Below, one piece after another: positions 29,348-38,955 of a DNA stretch of 64,000 nt; position 1 is the first letter of the stretch, and each line of letters begins with the position of its first letter. This DNA comes from Fimbriimonadales bacterium (GTDB taxonomy: Bacteria > Armatimonadota > Fimbriimonadia > Fimbriimonadales > JABRVX01). A program made the position numbers and the translations under genes. The notes beneath the pieces are model-generated. The model had not been told where the DNA came from. It was given only the letters and a program-made list of their open reading frames with translations, and searched no databases. The stretch is taken from positions 36,846 through 100,845 of the forward strand of contig BTVI01000008.1 in assembly GCA_045862955.1 (NCBI GenBank). Direction: 5' to 3'.

Positions 29348-30427
29348 CTACCCCGACCTGCGCCGACGCGCGTTGGCTCGGATCCGCTCGATTTCTTCCG
29401 CCGGAACCTCACGCTCGAAGCTGCGGAAGCCGGCCAGCCGAAAGCCGTGCTTCCTCGCAAGCTCGCTCATCTCCCGGACCTGCTCCACGGTGACGGTCTT
29501 GCCGACGGTGTAGCTCTCCTTGCGACCTTCCAAAGCGAGTAGCATCGTCTCGCACATGCAGGCGTAGGCGGTGTTCTTGGGAAAGCCGAAATCGAAACCG
29601 AAGTCCACCTGCCCCGGCACCGCCACGACGCCGCCTTCTACTACTAACACGTCGTCCCGTTCGCGAGCAACCCGCCAAGACACGTCTCTTGGCCTCGCCA
29701 CGTCACACACCACCGCACCAGGCTTCAGGTGGCTCGGCTCGATAATCTCGGTTCCGGCGCTGGTGACTGTTACCACCACGTCAGCATCGCGCAGGCCTTC
29801 GGCCAAGTCCCCGGCAACGGTGACGCACGCACCGTTCTTGGACACCAACTCGCGGACTTCTTCCACGCGCGCCCGGTCTCTGCCTATCAGCGCCGTCGCG
29901 GCGAAGAGCGGCGCCATCACCTGTACGCAGGTCTTACCGATGGAGCCCGTCGCACCGACGACCGCCAGTTTGGCGCTACTCACGTCAATCTCCATCAGTT
30001 CCGCCGCGCGCAGCGCCCCCTCGATTGCCGTGGCAACCGTGTAAGAGTTGCCCGTCGTCACCGCGACCGGCGCGTTGAGCGCGATGGTCTCGCCCCCGTC
30101 ACCTACAACCGCGGTGAAGGCTCCGAGCCCGACCACTTCGGCTCCCAAGTCGGCAGCCTCCTTCACCGCATCTCCGATGATTCGATACGCCTTGGACTCG
30201 GGCATTCGCATCAGCATATTGGGCGTCACCGGACAGCCCACGAAGTGTCCGGAGGTCTCGGCGCCGGCCTCTGACCGCACTGTGACCCCGGTCGACAGCC
30301 TCATCGGCTTCATCCGAGTCAGCGCGGCCTCGATGAGCGGCGTGGGCAAGAAGCGCGCTATCGGAAATTTGCGTGCAACGTCACGGCGTGCGTCCACCGG
30401 ATGAACAACGAAGCCGAAATCGGTCAT
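29348..30427 (-). CDS. NAD(P)-binding oxidoreductase resembling acyl-ACP reductase (COG5322-like; often labelled shikimate dehydrogenase)
   Basis: FGFVVHP, GLGAFTAVVGDGG, TTGNSYT, VVGATGSIG, DVARPRDV, AYACMCETMLLALEG. Confidence 0.85.
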   Translation of the reverse strand: MTDFGFVVHPVDARRDVARKFPIARFLPTPLIEAALTRMKPMRLSTGVTVRSEAGAETSGHFVGCPVTPNMLMRMPESKAYRIIGDAVKEAADLGAEVVGLGAFTAVVGDGGETIALNAPVAVTTGNSYTVATAIEGALRAAELMEIDVSSAKLAVVGATGSIGKTCVQVMAPLFAATALIGRDRARVEEVRELVSKNGACVTVAGDLAEGLRDADVVVTVTSAGTEIIEPSHLKPGAVVCDVARPRDVSWRVARERDDVLVVEGGVVAVPGQVDFGFDFGFPKNTAYACMCETMLLALEGRKESYTVGKTVTVEQVREMSELARKHGFRLAGFRSFEREVPAEEIERIRANARRRRSG

Positions 30428-31341
30428 GCCACCCCTGCTGACTCCAACTCGGTCACCGTGGGCCGCCAGCCGAGGCGAGCGAGGGCGTCCGTATAGTCCG
30501 CATCCGTCAGCTCTTCGGGCCGCCTGCCCAACAGCGCGACCAGCACTCCCTCCATCACGTTGGTGCCGAAGCTCTCGCCGTCCATCTGCGGCGTAGTGGT
30601 CACCACGGTACGGACCCCGGCTCCGCGCAACAGGTCGAGATCGGCCTTGCGAATGGTGTTGGTCAGTATCACCTTGCCGGGTAGCACGTCCGGCATGTAG
30701 CGGCGGATGTAGTGCCAGTCTCCGGCGATGAGGTCGGCCCGGTCGAACACGTTTCGTGCCTTCGGCTGGCGCGTCTCCTGCTTTGCGCCGGTCGGATAGA
30801 ACCATTGGAACGGAAGCCGCGTGATGACGGGGAGCATGACCGAACCCAACAGCTTGATGGAGCCATACCCTCGGATCGGAATCGGCAAGCCCAGGCCGAA
30901 GATCACGTCACCGAACACTGTCCGGGCGCACACATCGGCAAGCGCTTGCGCCATGCCGAAACGGTCCACCGCCATCACCAGGAACGCGTTCATTCCGGAC
31001 AAAGGGAGGATGCGGTGTTCCTGCAGGTAGTACACCGCCTGTCGCTCGAGGCTGTTCTTCAGCCCACTGCCATCCACCACGGGCGTGATTCGGGCGCCAG
31101 AAACGAGCCGGCGAATCTGGCGGAACGTATAGCGGCGGTCGCCAAGCCACAGGTACATGTCCGCACCGCCGATCCCCAGCGCGTCCACCTTGCCGTCTAG
31201 CTCGCGGAACAACGCCGCGAAGCGGTCCAGGTCGCCGTCCGTGCCGATCCGTTCAATGCGAAACGGCTCACCGAACAAGGTCGCCTCGACCGTCTTGTTG
31301 CGCTTTGCGGACCCCAGACTGACAGATACGACGTGCTTCAA
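30424..31341 (-). CDS. Conserved protein of the family often labelled quinate 5-dehydrogenase (function unverified)
   Basis: VVSVSLGS, IERIGTDGD, TPVVDGSGLKNSLER, SFGTNVMEG; TTG start inferred. Confidence 0.8.
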   Translation of the reverse strand: MKHVVSVSLGSAKRNKTVEATLFGEPFRIERIGTDGDLDRFAALFRELDGKVDALGIGGADMYLWLGDRRYTFRQIRRLVSGARITPVVDGSGLKNSLERQAVYYLQEHRILPLSGMNAFLVMAVDRFGMAQALADVCARTVFGDVIFGLGLPIPIRGYGSIKLLGSVMLPVITRLPFQWFYPTGAKQETRQPKARNVFDRADLIAGDWHYIRRYMPDVLPGKVILTNTIRKADLDLLRGAGVRTVVTTTPQMDGESFGTNVMEGVLVALLGRRPEELTDADYTDALARLGWRPTVTELESAGVA

Positions 31342-31443
31342 GTTCGCGAACGGATTGTAGCACACGGTCCGAAGGCACCCTCTTTCTGGCCGCGCGAGGT
31401 GCGAACCGACTACAATGGGGTCGAGAGAACCGAAGGAGGAGCC

Positions 31444-31692
31444 ATGGCAGGGGAATTCATGGTGCACATCGTTAGCACCGTAAGAGGCGACGACAACCGC
31501 CTAGTCACCTACAACTTGGCGTTCGACACCGAACAGGAAGCCGACCAGTTCACAGAGATGCTCTTGGATGCCGTTCCCAGGGGCGGCATGGTCAAGATCG
31601 CGGACGATCAGCGGCTTCGCCAGTCGAACTTCATCAACGCTGCGCAGGTACTGGAGGTTCGGAGGCGGCAGAAGAGGGCCGGCGAGCGCTAG
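31444..31692 (+). CDS. Small hypothetical protein (82 aa)
   Basis: SD GAAGGAGG before ATG 31444; TACAAT at 31411-31416. Confidence 0.75.
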   Translation: MAGEFMVHIVSTVRGDDNRLVTYNLAFDTEQEADQFTEMLLDAVPRGGMVKIADDQRLRQSNFINAAQVLEVRRRQKRAGER

Positions 31693-31704
31693 CTCATCGG
31701 CGGT

Positions 31705-33147
31705 TTGTCAATGTCACTGTATCTCAGGGCGCTGGTAGACACGGTCATCGAAGCCAGAACGGACTTCGTCTGGTGGCGACCCGTGCTCGCCTCCTTGCTG
31801 GACCAACCTGCGTTCGCCTCTCTACCCGACGAGGTATCGCGCGAGCTGCGACGCTTTCTGGCCGACGGCAAGTCCGCGACCCGCAGCCTGAGCGAGCTGT
31901 GGACGCGCTGCTTCCGAGCCTTGGAGAAGGGGAAGAATCCGCCGTTCGAGGTGCCAGAGCCGTCCGAGCACCGAGAGCTTCGCTCGGACAGGCCCCGCGA
32001 TTGGAACCAGTTGCTCGCTCTCAACGAGGTAGCCGTCGTGCTCGGCAAGGCCGGGGACGACGGCCTCTCCGTGCACGACCCTGGCATCGCCGACCTCACC
32101 GTGGACGATGTCGCCGTCATGCTACGTCGTCTCATCGCGGATATGGAAGCTATCGGGTTCGCGCCCTCCGTCGTTCTAGCCCACGATCGCGAGACGGTAC
32201 CCATCGCGCTTGCCCTGGCGCAGCACTACGGCTGCGGCATCGAACCGACTGAGATGACGGGCGGCGATTGCCTCTACGTGTTCGGCAACCTTGCATACGC
32301 GGGAGCTCTGGAGCGGGCACGGATGCTGCTGGAGGAGATGAAGCCCGCGAGGACCCTCGCGGCGGCGATGCTTGTTACCGAGAACCCGAACGCAATGCGG
32401 TTGATACCGGATGTGATAGGGCTGCAGGTCGGTTCGGGGGCGCTCCCCTGGGGAAAGGCTGCGGGCGTTGGGGTACTCCTGCGGCCCGACCCGCAGTCGA
32501 ACGAAGAGGGCGAGGCGGTGGCGGACCTCGAAGCGTTCCAGCGCAGCCGAGACAGACGCCCCCTGGAACAGATCGCCAGCGACCTAGCAGAGCGCATGCA
32601 CGCGGTCCCTCGCGAGCTCTACGAAGACCACGCGATGATCGCATCCGACGCGCTCCGTCGCAGCCTGCGGCGCAAGACAGCCTTCTTGCGAAGGTTCGGC
32701 TGGCGCGGGCTACGCCCCGACGAGGAAACAAGCGACTGGCATACGCTTTTGCCTCCCTTCCCCAGCCTCATCGGCACTCCGTTCAGCGAGCTGCCTGAGA
32801 AGCCCACCGTAAGCATGTTGCGCGATGCCGACCCCGAGGAGGAGCAGCTGCGCTTCATGGACTGGGTGACCCCCGCGCTGCAGAAGCCGATGGAAGTGTG
32901 GGCGAAGCAGGACGTGCGAGGGCAGACCTATATCCACTACATCGCCGGAGTACGAGACCAACGAATGCCCGAGCCGATGGCGTTCGTGGTGGAAACCGTG
33001 CCCTATGGTGATGAGACGGCGCTCAACAACTTCACCCTCTTCCTAAATGCCGGGGAAGCGGACGAGCTGCGCTTTGGCAGGCTGCTGCACTCTGCGGAGG
33101 AGCAACAGCGCATGGCCCCCTTTCCCGAGGCCCCCACGCTGAACTGA
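31705..33147 (+). CDS. Hypothetical multidomain protein: degenerate PRTase-like domain plus C-terminal PBECR2-like domain
   Basis: 480-aa ORF; domain assignments by motif resemblance only (see findings). Confidence 0.7.
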   Translation: MSMSLYLRALVDTVIEARTDFVWWRPVLASLLDQPAFASLPDEVSRELRRFLADGKSATRSLSELWTRCFRALEKGKNPPFEVPEPSEHRELRSDRPRDWNQLLALNEVAVVLGKAGDDGLSVHDPGIADLTVDDVAVMLRRLIADMEAIGFAPSVVLAHDRETVPIALALAQHYGCGIEPTEMTGGDCLYVFGNLAYAGALERARMLLEEMKPARTLAAAMLVTENPNAMRLIPDVIGLQVGSGALPWGKAAGVGVLLRPDPQSNEEGEAVADLEAFQRSRDRRPLEQIASDLAERMHAVPRELYEDHAMIASDALRRSLRRKTAFLRRFGWRGLRPDEETSDWHTLLPPFPSLIGTPFSELPEKPTVSMLRDADPEEEQLRFMDWVTPALQKPMEVWAKQDVRGQTYIHYIAGVRDQRMPEPMAFVVETVPYGDETALNNFTLFLNAGEADELRFGRLLHSAEEQQRMAPFPEAPTLN

Positions 33148-33199
33148 GCCCGCTATGGCCCGCCGGCTGTAACCACGGCGTCCCGCCGGTTTCGGTCCT

Positions 33200-33269
33200 C
33201 CATGCCCCGGCCCGCGCCAGCCGCACTGCGCCAACCAGTCGGACGCCACCGACCCAAGGACCGCACTGG
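33200..33269. repeat. Solo diverged partial copy of repeat module A
   Basis: Ungapped manual alignment to 62894-62963 gives about 56/70 identities. Confidence 0.8.
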
Positions 33270-33346
33270 AACAGCTCGCAGGCCGGCGGTACGCCCGTAA
33301 GTTGGCCGTTTCGGCGATATCGGTCGTGTCCTGGGGGACGCCGGAA

Positions 33347-34693
33347 TTATGTCTTCCGACGCAGCATCAGCGGCAGCAGGCCCACGCCGACGAGCAGTAG
33401 TCCGCTTGGCTCCGGGACGATAGTGGAGAGGTACACGTGGGTGTTGTGTTCCCAGTCCAACATGCACCACAGCACATGCCCGTTCTGCCCGATGGCCATT
33501 GCCGTGGCTGAGCGGTAGTTCATGTCCCCCAGCGCATCCCTGCTCAGACAGAACTTGTTCACGAACACCTCCATACGGTGGGCAGTGCCCTCTCCCGCGC
33601 CGTCCCACAGCACGTTCGAGAAACGGTCAATGCCCTTGAGGAATACCCCGTCGCCCACTTCCGTCGTCGCCCCGATCTCGGAGGCTGATAGGTTCTCGGT
33701 GTTCAGGTATATGCTCGTATAGCTGGGGTTCCTCGAACTGCCCACCCATGCTAGGTCACCGGCCTCGCTCAGGTAGACCTCCGTTCGACTGCCGCGGTTG
33801 GCAGCGCCGAACACCTCGTTCGTGAGATCGCGCCAGTTGAGCATGACATGGATGAGGCCCGAGGAATCATGCCAGCGCCAGGCGATGTCTCCCCGATCAT
33901 TAATCGCGTTGGCACGCATGCTCCGCTGGCCGACCACTCGCCCCTCTGTCAGGTTCGTCTCGTTCAGGAAGAGATGCTCGACGCCTGCCGTCGCGGCACC
34001 GCGCCCCGCCCAGAGCATGTCTCCAACATTGTTGAGATAGCCAGGGTAGGCGAGGAAACCATCGCCTAATATGGGCGAGGCGTAAGCAACCTCATTGCGG
34101 AATAGCTCGAGGGACTTGCCGTCGGGGGTGTCCACATATGCCCACCATGCGAAGTCGCCGTTGTGGTTGACCGAGTATATCAGGGGATCCCATACGTCGC
34201 GACCGACCGACATCTCCTCCGTGCCACGGAAGACTCGCGCCTTGGAGTTGTTGTCGCTCCAGTACCAGATCGGGCGGCCGAAGCTATCAATGCCTCGCAC
34301 GCTCGCACTGTAGGTGAGGTCGTTGGTAGGTGGGAAGACCTCCGCAAAGAAGTCCCTGCCGTCCACCATCACGTGGTGTGAAAGCGCAGTGTAGGCCATG
34401 TACGCCACCTGACCAGAGTCGTTGATGAAAGGCCGCTGGCCCTGGCTGTCCGGACCCAGGTACCAGCGGTTGATGTTAAGCTCTCTGCGGTAAGCTTGGG
34501 GCCTCCCGCCCACATTGCCCTCAAGGACGTCGAATACAGGAATGCCATCCCGGTTCACGTTTGGGCCCCAAGGCCACCACGTGCTGATGCTCACTCCCTG
34601 CGGAAAGGAGATGAACCTGTCGTGCACCCACTGGGTTTGTGGCCACGCGACCGAGAGAGCAGATGTGAATATCAGAAATGCGATGTACCTCAT
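33347..34693 (-). CDS. PEP-CTERM protein with beta-propeller-like repeats
   Basis: Signal peptide; repeated IND.GxxAW-like blades; C-terminal VPEPSGLLLVGVGLLPLMLRRKT. Confidence 0.9.
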   Translation of the reverse strand: MRYIAFLIFTSALSVAWPQTQWVHDRFISFPQGVSISTWWPWGPNVNRDGIPVFDVLEGNVGGRPQAYRRELNINRWYLGPDSQGQRPFINDSGQVAYMAYTALSHHVMVDGRDFFAEVFPPTNDLTYSASVRGIDSFGRPIWYWSDNNSKARVFRGTEEMSVGRDVWDPLIYSVNHNGDFAWWAYVDTPDGKSLELFRNEVAYASPILGDGFLAYPGYLNNVGDMLWAGRGAATAGVEHLFLNETNLTEGRVVGQRSMRANAINDRGDIAWRWHDSSGLIHVMLNWRDLTNEVFGAANRGSRTEVYLSEAGDLAWVGSSRNPSYTSIYLNTENLSASEIGATTEVGDGVFLKGIDRFSNVLWDGAGEGTAHRMEVFVNKFCLSRDALGDMNYRSATAMAIGQNGHVLWCMLDWEHNTHVYLSTIVPEPSGLLLVGVGLLPLMLRRKT

Positions 34694-34715
34694 ATTCGCC
34701 TCCAGGAGTACTAAC

Positions 34716-34744
34716 GCCGTTCCGGCCGTGTTGGCCGGAACGGC
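34716..34744. other. Intergenic 12-bp stem-loop
   Basis: GCCGTTCCGGCC-GTGTT-GGCCGGAACGGC between two co-directional genes. Confidence 0.55.
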
Positions 34745-34755
34745 AGTGCGTCACA

Positions 34756-36143
34756 CTATGGCTCTAGCAGCTCGTAGGGAGGAGGCCAGTACGCCTTGAC
34801 GTCACCGTCGGCGGTGATGAAGATCAAGGCACCTTCCTCGTCCAACGCTAGGTCGTGTTTCGGTATCGTCTCGTTGAGCGTCTTGGGCCAGTACTGCAAG
34901 AGCGCTCCTGTGCCACCATCAATAACGTACCACTTCCCCGTGGTGGTGACGAAGTGCACGTACTTGGCATAGGTGAGGTAGTGCACCCCGAGAACGGGGG
35001 TCGAAGTCAACTCGTCACTGTCCGAGTCCATCGTGTTGAGCACGTATCCGGTACCCGAAGCCGTGCCGGGGGAGTTGTCCAACACCCGAAACGAAGCGGG
35101 CTTGCCGGTGCCGCTTCCCGCATCTTTGCAGAGCACCCAGATGTTCGGGTTGGTGCCGCTATCGGTGCAGGAATGCGCCTCGATGCGTCCGATGTTCTTG
35201 TACTGGACAGGCCAGGTGCTTGTGCGGCCTTGCGTCACCGGGTAGTCCCAGCGACGATCTCCGTCCCCCTCGAACGCCCACACATGTCCTAGGTCGTTCG
35301 ATGTCTGGTAGGTAGTCACGTAGATGTGGGCGCCGTCCGCCAGCATCGGCCAGGTCTTGCATGCGTGGCCGGCGGAGGTGGGCGACCAGTGCCAACGCTC
35401 CGTCGCGGACCCCGTGTCCCTCAAGGCCACGAGGTAGCCGTTCTCGGTAGTGAAGTACAGCTCGGCCAGAATGCCCATCCCGAACGGACCAGCGGCTTGA
35501 GCCGGGGTCGAGATGACTGGGCCGTACGTCTCCCAGATCCACTCTGGGCCTTGGTTGTCATACTCGTAGTAGGCCTCGAACGCGAGCAGATTGCCTTCGC
35601 TGCCATTCTTCTGACCGATGTACAGGCGGTTGATCTTCAGCGGCGCCGTGATCTGCCCGTGGCCCGAGGACTTCCGGACCTTGGCGCCGTCCGACTGCCG
35701 AATGGCGTGAACGGTCCCAGCCGAGTCGCTGACGAAGACCATGCTGACCCCATCCGAACTGCCGAGAACAGGGGTCCCTACCGGGTCTCCATCGCAGGTA
35801 TACGTCCAGACGGGGTTAGCCCCGACGGAGAAGGAGTTGCCGGAACGGCTGACCTGGTAGCAGTACACCTTGTCGTCGTTCGCCCCCACGTAGAACCTGT
35901 ACTCGCGAGAGTAAGCGTCGCGGGGTCCCAGGGCTACCCCTGTGCAGGCCACCGCGCCGTTGGGAAGCGTCTTGGACCACTTCACGGTCCCCCCATCGTA
36001 TTCGTCCGGTGGGATGACCGTCTGCCGACTCGTGTGGAAGAAGTCCTTACCTCCCATCGGCCACTGGTCGGTCGCTACCGCGGGGGGGGAGGGGTGAACA
36101 GGCACGCGGCCGCGACGACCGCGAAGAAGAGGTATCCTTTCAT
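34756..36143 (-). pseudogene. PQQ/BamB-like beta-propeller secreted protein, frameshifted in a G8 tract after the signal peptide
   Basis: SD TAAGGAG and ATG 36143 give MKGYLFFAVVAAACLFTPPPPR-stop; the main body (QWPMGGKD..H, YVGANDDKVY, VISTPA, YFTTENGYLVAL) is in another frame. Confidence 0.75.
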
Positions 36144-36398
36144 CGTCTTAGCTCTCCTTATGTGCCTAGATTGGCCCGCGCGGCGGCTTGGGCTGAAACG
36201 TCCCCCGCGGGCCGCCTACTTGTCAGACGGGCACGTGATACGACAAAGTTCGCCGATCCGCAACTTCGCGCAAGTTTCTTCTACACAAGTGCACTTTGTT
36301 AGCATGATTAGGTGTCTGCGGTGGCTGCCCATCCCGCCCCAGCAGCCCCACGGCAAGGCCCCGCAGTGGCCGCACGTCCGTCTGCCGAGAATCGAAGT

Positions 36399-36803
36399 GT
36401 GAGGAAGCTCGAAACGATGTTGGTCGTGGGTTCTGCGGTGGCGGTCCTCGTCGGCTGCGAGGAGCAGTCGGGCCAGCTCACCCCGATTGACATAGAGAAG
36501 ATGCGGCCGAGAGTAGAGATCCGCGAATCGGGGAAGGCGCTGCCGAAGCCCTCAGCCTCCGAAGCGCCCCAGACGGATACTGCTGCCGCTGAGCGACTGC
36601 CTGAGCGACCGCCTACCGACTTCGAAGCGCAGGTGGACGAGGGGGCCTTTCGGGGGCCGACCACGCGGGAGCGAACGGAAGCCGTCGCACCGGAGCGGCC
36701 CTACTTGGAGGGTGGCGACCTCAGTCCCCTCGGGTCGGCAGCGGGCGGACCCACCTCGCCTGGCGAGTTCACGGCTCCCGGCTCCATGGGCCCGGGGCTC
36801 TAA
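36399..36803 (+). CDS. Putative lipoprotein with a disordered mature part
   Basis: MRKLETMLVVGSAVAVLVG-C lipobox; start inferred. Confidence 0.65.
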   Translation: MRKLETMLVVGSAVAVLVGCEEQSGQLTPIDIEKMRPRVEIRESGKALPKPSASEAPQTDTAAAERLPERPPTDFEAQVDEGAFRGPTTRERTEAVAPERPYLEGGDLSPLGSAAGGPTSPGEFTAPGSMGPGL

Positions 36804-38053
36804 GCCCGCAGCGAGGACCGCGGGCTGCGGATCACGACGAAGCTGACGAGTGAAGCGACGGAGAGCGCGATGGCCGTGCCCACGAAGGGTGCGTTGAGGC
36901 TCACCTTCTCGAACAGCAGGCCGCCCAGCGGTGCGCCCACCACCGCGCCTACGCCTTGCGCGGTCTGGATTGCGCCGAGGAAGGAGCCTCGGCGTTTTTC
37001 GTCTATGTCGCTAACCAGCGCGAGCCACGCCGGAATGGCCAGGATGAACCCGAGACCCACGAGCGAGCCGACGACCGCCAGAACCCATTTGTTCAGCGTG
37101 AATGCGATGACCCACAGCCCCACCGCACCGGTGAGCAGCCCGATTCTCACGGACGCCGGACGCCCGACGCGCTCCACCATGCGCCCCATCGGCATGCTGA
37201 GCAGCGCCATCGCGATGGCCGCAGGCAACACGATAGCACCGAACTCCAGGTCCGTGATCTTCAGCGCCTTGTGAGCGTACAGCTTCACCATTGTCGTCGG
37301 AAATCCGATGCCGACGAAGGTGATCATCGATAGGAGCATGTGACCAGGGACTTCGCGCATGATGGCGAGCAGCTCTGCGGGCCTCGGAATGCGGTTCGGC
37401 TCTTCTCCACCGTCGCTGGTGACGAGAGACTGCCGTCGGGCGTCGGAGGGCACCCAGCGCCAAGCGACGAACGAGGCCGCGGTGAAAAGCAGCGCCACCA
37501 GATAGAACGACGCCACCCGCATGCCCGTGAGCTTCACGACGAGCCCATCTAGGAACGGCCCGAGCGCAATACCGAGCCAATAGCACATGTTGAGAGCGCT
37601 CAGCGCTTCGGCACGCTCTTCCTTGGTAACGGCCCCGCTCACCGCTGCGAAGGCGTTGGGCCAGATCATGGCTGCACCGATACCGTCGGCGATACGTAGA
37701 AGGACGAACCCCCAGGCGTTGTGGGTAACCGCGCTCATGAGGGCGGTAAAGACGGAGATGAGTGGGGCGACCACCAGCATGTTCCGCCGGCCGTTGCGGT
37801 CGCCGATCTGACCCATGAACTGCTTGAACACCGCCTCGGAAACGAGGAAAACGGTGATGATCAGCGCGATGAACTTCGGTGAGACGCCGAGCTCCAGATA
37901 GAGGTAGGGGGGCATTGCGGAGATGTTGAGTACCGCATAGCCTAGCTCGGCGCAGACGGCGATGACCAACAGTGAGAGAATGCGAGGTCGGCGCCAGACC
38001 GCAAGGCCTGTTTCGTACCCGTCAACCGACTGCGTATCGCGCGTCTCTACCAT
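36800..38053 (-). CDS. MFS transporter
   Basis: Motif A GQIGDRNGRR, LRIADGIG; about 12 TM segments. Confidence 0.92.
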   Translation of the reverse strand: MVETRDTQSVDGYETGLAVWRRPRILSLLVIAVCAELGYAVLNISAMPPYLYLELGVSPKFIALIITVFLVSEAVFKQFMGQIGDRNGRRNMLVVAPLISVFTALMSAVTHNAWGFVLLRIADGIGAAMIWPNAFAAVSGAVTKEERAEALSALNMCYWLGIALGPFLDGLVVKLTGMRVASFYLVALLFTAASFVAWRWVPSDARRQSLVTSDGGEEPNRIPRPAELLAIMREVPGHMLLSMITFVGIGFPTTMVKLYAHKALKITDLEFGAIVLPAAIAMALLSMPMGRMVERVGRPASVRIGLLTGAVGLWVIAFTLNKWVLAVVGSLVGLGFILAIPAWLALVSDIDEKRRGSFLGAIQTAQGVGAVVGAPLGGLLFEKVSLNAPFVGTAIALSVASLVSFVVIRSPRSSLRA

Positions 38054-38123
38054 AGAAAACCTAAGGGGCACGCCGCCGGAAGCGAACCGCGGACGTGCCC
38101 CAGTTGAATCCGGGTGCGCGCTG

Positions 38124-38519
38124 CTAGCGCTTGACGAACTGGAACCCGCGTCGTGCGCGCTTGCGCCCGTACTTCTTGCGTTCCTTGACCCTGGGGTCGC
38201 GCGTCAAGAAGCCCAGTCGGCGCAACGGAGCGCGGAGGTCCGGGTCGTACTCGAGGATCGCCCTGGCGATGCCGTGGCCCAGGGCTCCGGCCTGGCCGGA
38301 GGTGCCGCCGCCCTTCGCCGTAGCCATCACGTCCAGGCGTCCGTATAGGTCCACTGCCTTCATCGGAGCTTCGATGAGGGCAGCCAGCGTCGGCCTTCCA
38401 AAGTACTCCTCCGCCTTGCGACCGTTGACGGTGATGTTCCCCGATCCCGGCTGAATCCAGACGCGGGCCACGGCCGTCTTCCGCCTTCCCGTTCCGTAGC
38501 ATCGAACCTTATCAGACAT
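38124..38519 (-). CDS. rpsI: 30S ribosomal protein S9
   Basis: [27 protein letters not shown]. Confidence 0.97.
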   Translation of the reverse strand: MSDKVRCYGTGRRKTAVARVWIQPGSGNITVNGRKAEEYFGRPTLAALIEAPMKAVDLYGRLDVMATAKGGGTSGQAGALGHGIARAILEYDPDLRAPLRRLGFLTRDPRVKERKKYGRKRARRGFQFVKR

Positions 38520-38526
38520 GCCTGTT

Positions 38527-38955
38527 TTAAGCCTCCAGCGTCTTCGGGTTCTGCGCAGCGTGCGGATGCTCCGCACCGCGATAGATGCGCAGTTTGCGGA
38601 TGATCCGCCTACCGAGCCTCGTCTTCGGGGTCATACCCCAGATGGCCCTTTGGAGTAGCCGCTCTGGGCGCGTGTCCAGCACCTTGCCGCGCGAGACGGA
38701 CCTCAGGCCACCCGGCCAAGTGGTGTGCCAGTAGATCAACTCCTCGCGTTTTTTGCCTGTGAGGACCACCTTTTCAGCGTTGACCACGATCACGTGATCG
38801 CCGACGTCCTGGTTGTAGGTGAACGTGGGCTTGTGCTTTCCGCGAAGCACCTGTGCGGCGCGGCTGGCCACTCGACCCAGGGGCTTGCCCGCTGCGTCTA
38901 TGATGTACCAGTCCCTTTGTATCTCTTTCGGTTTTGCCGAAAAGGTTCTCATCAT
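38527..38955 (-). CDS. rplM: 50S ribosomal protein L13
   Basis: [30 protein letters not shown]. Confidence 0.97.
   Translation of the reverse strand: MMRTFSAKPKEIQRDWYIIDAAGKPLGRVASRAAQVLRGKHKPTFTYNQDVGDHVIVVNAEKVVLTGKKREELIYWHTTWPGGLRSVSRGKVLDTRPERLLQRAIWGMTPKTRLGRRIIRKLRIYRGAEHPHAAQNPKTLEA

Noticed and set aside
30428..30805. N-terminal extension of the 485-aa reductase ORF
   Set aside because: It lies inside the upstream gene; the family N-terminus (MTDFGFVVHP) starts at 30427.
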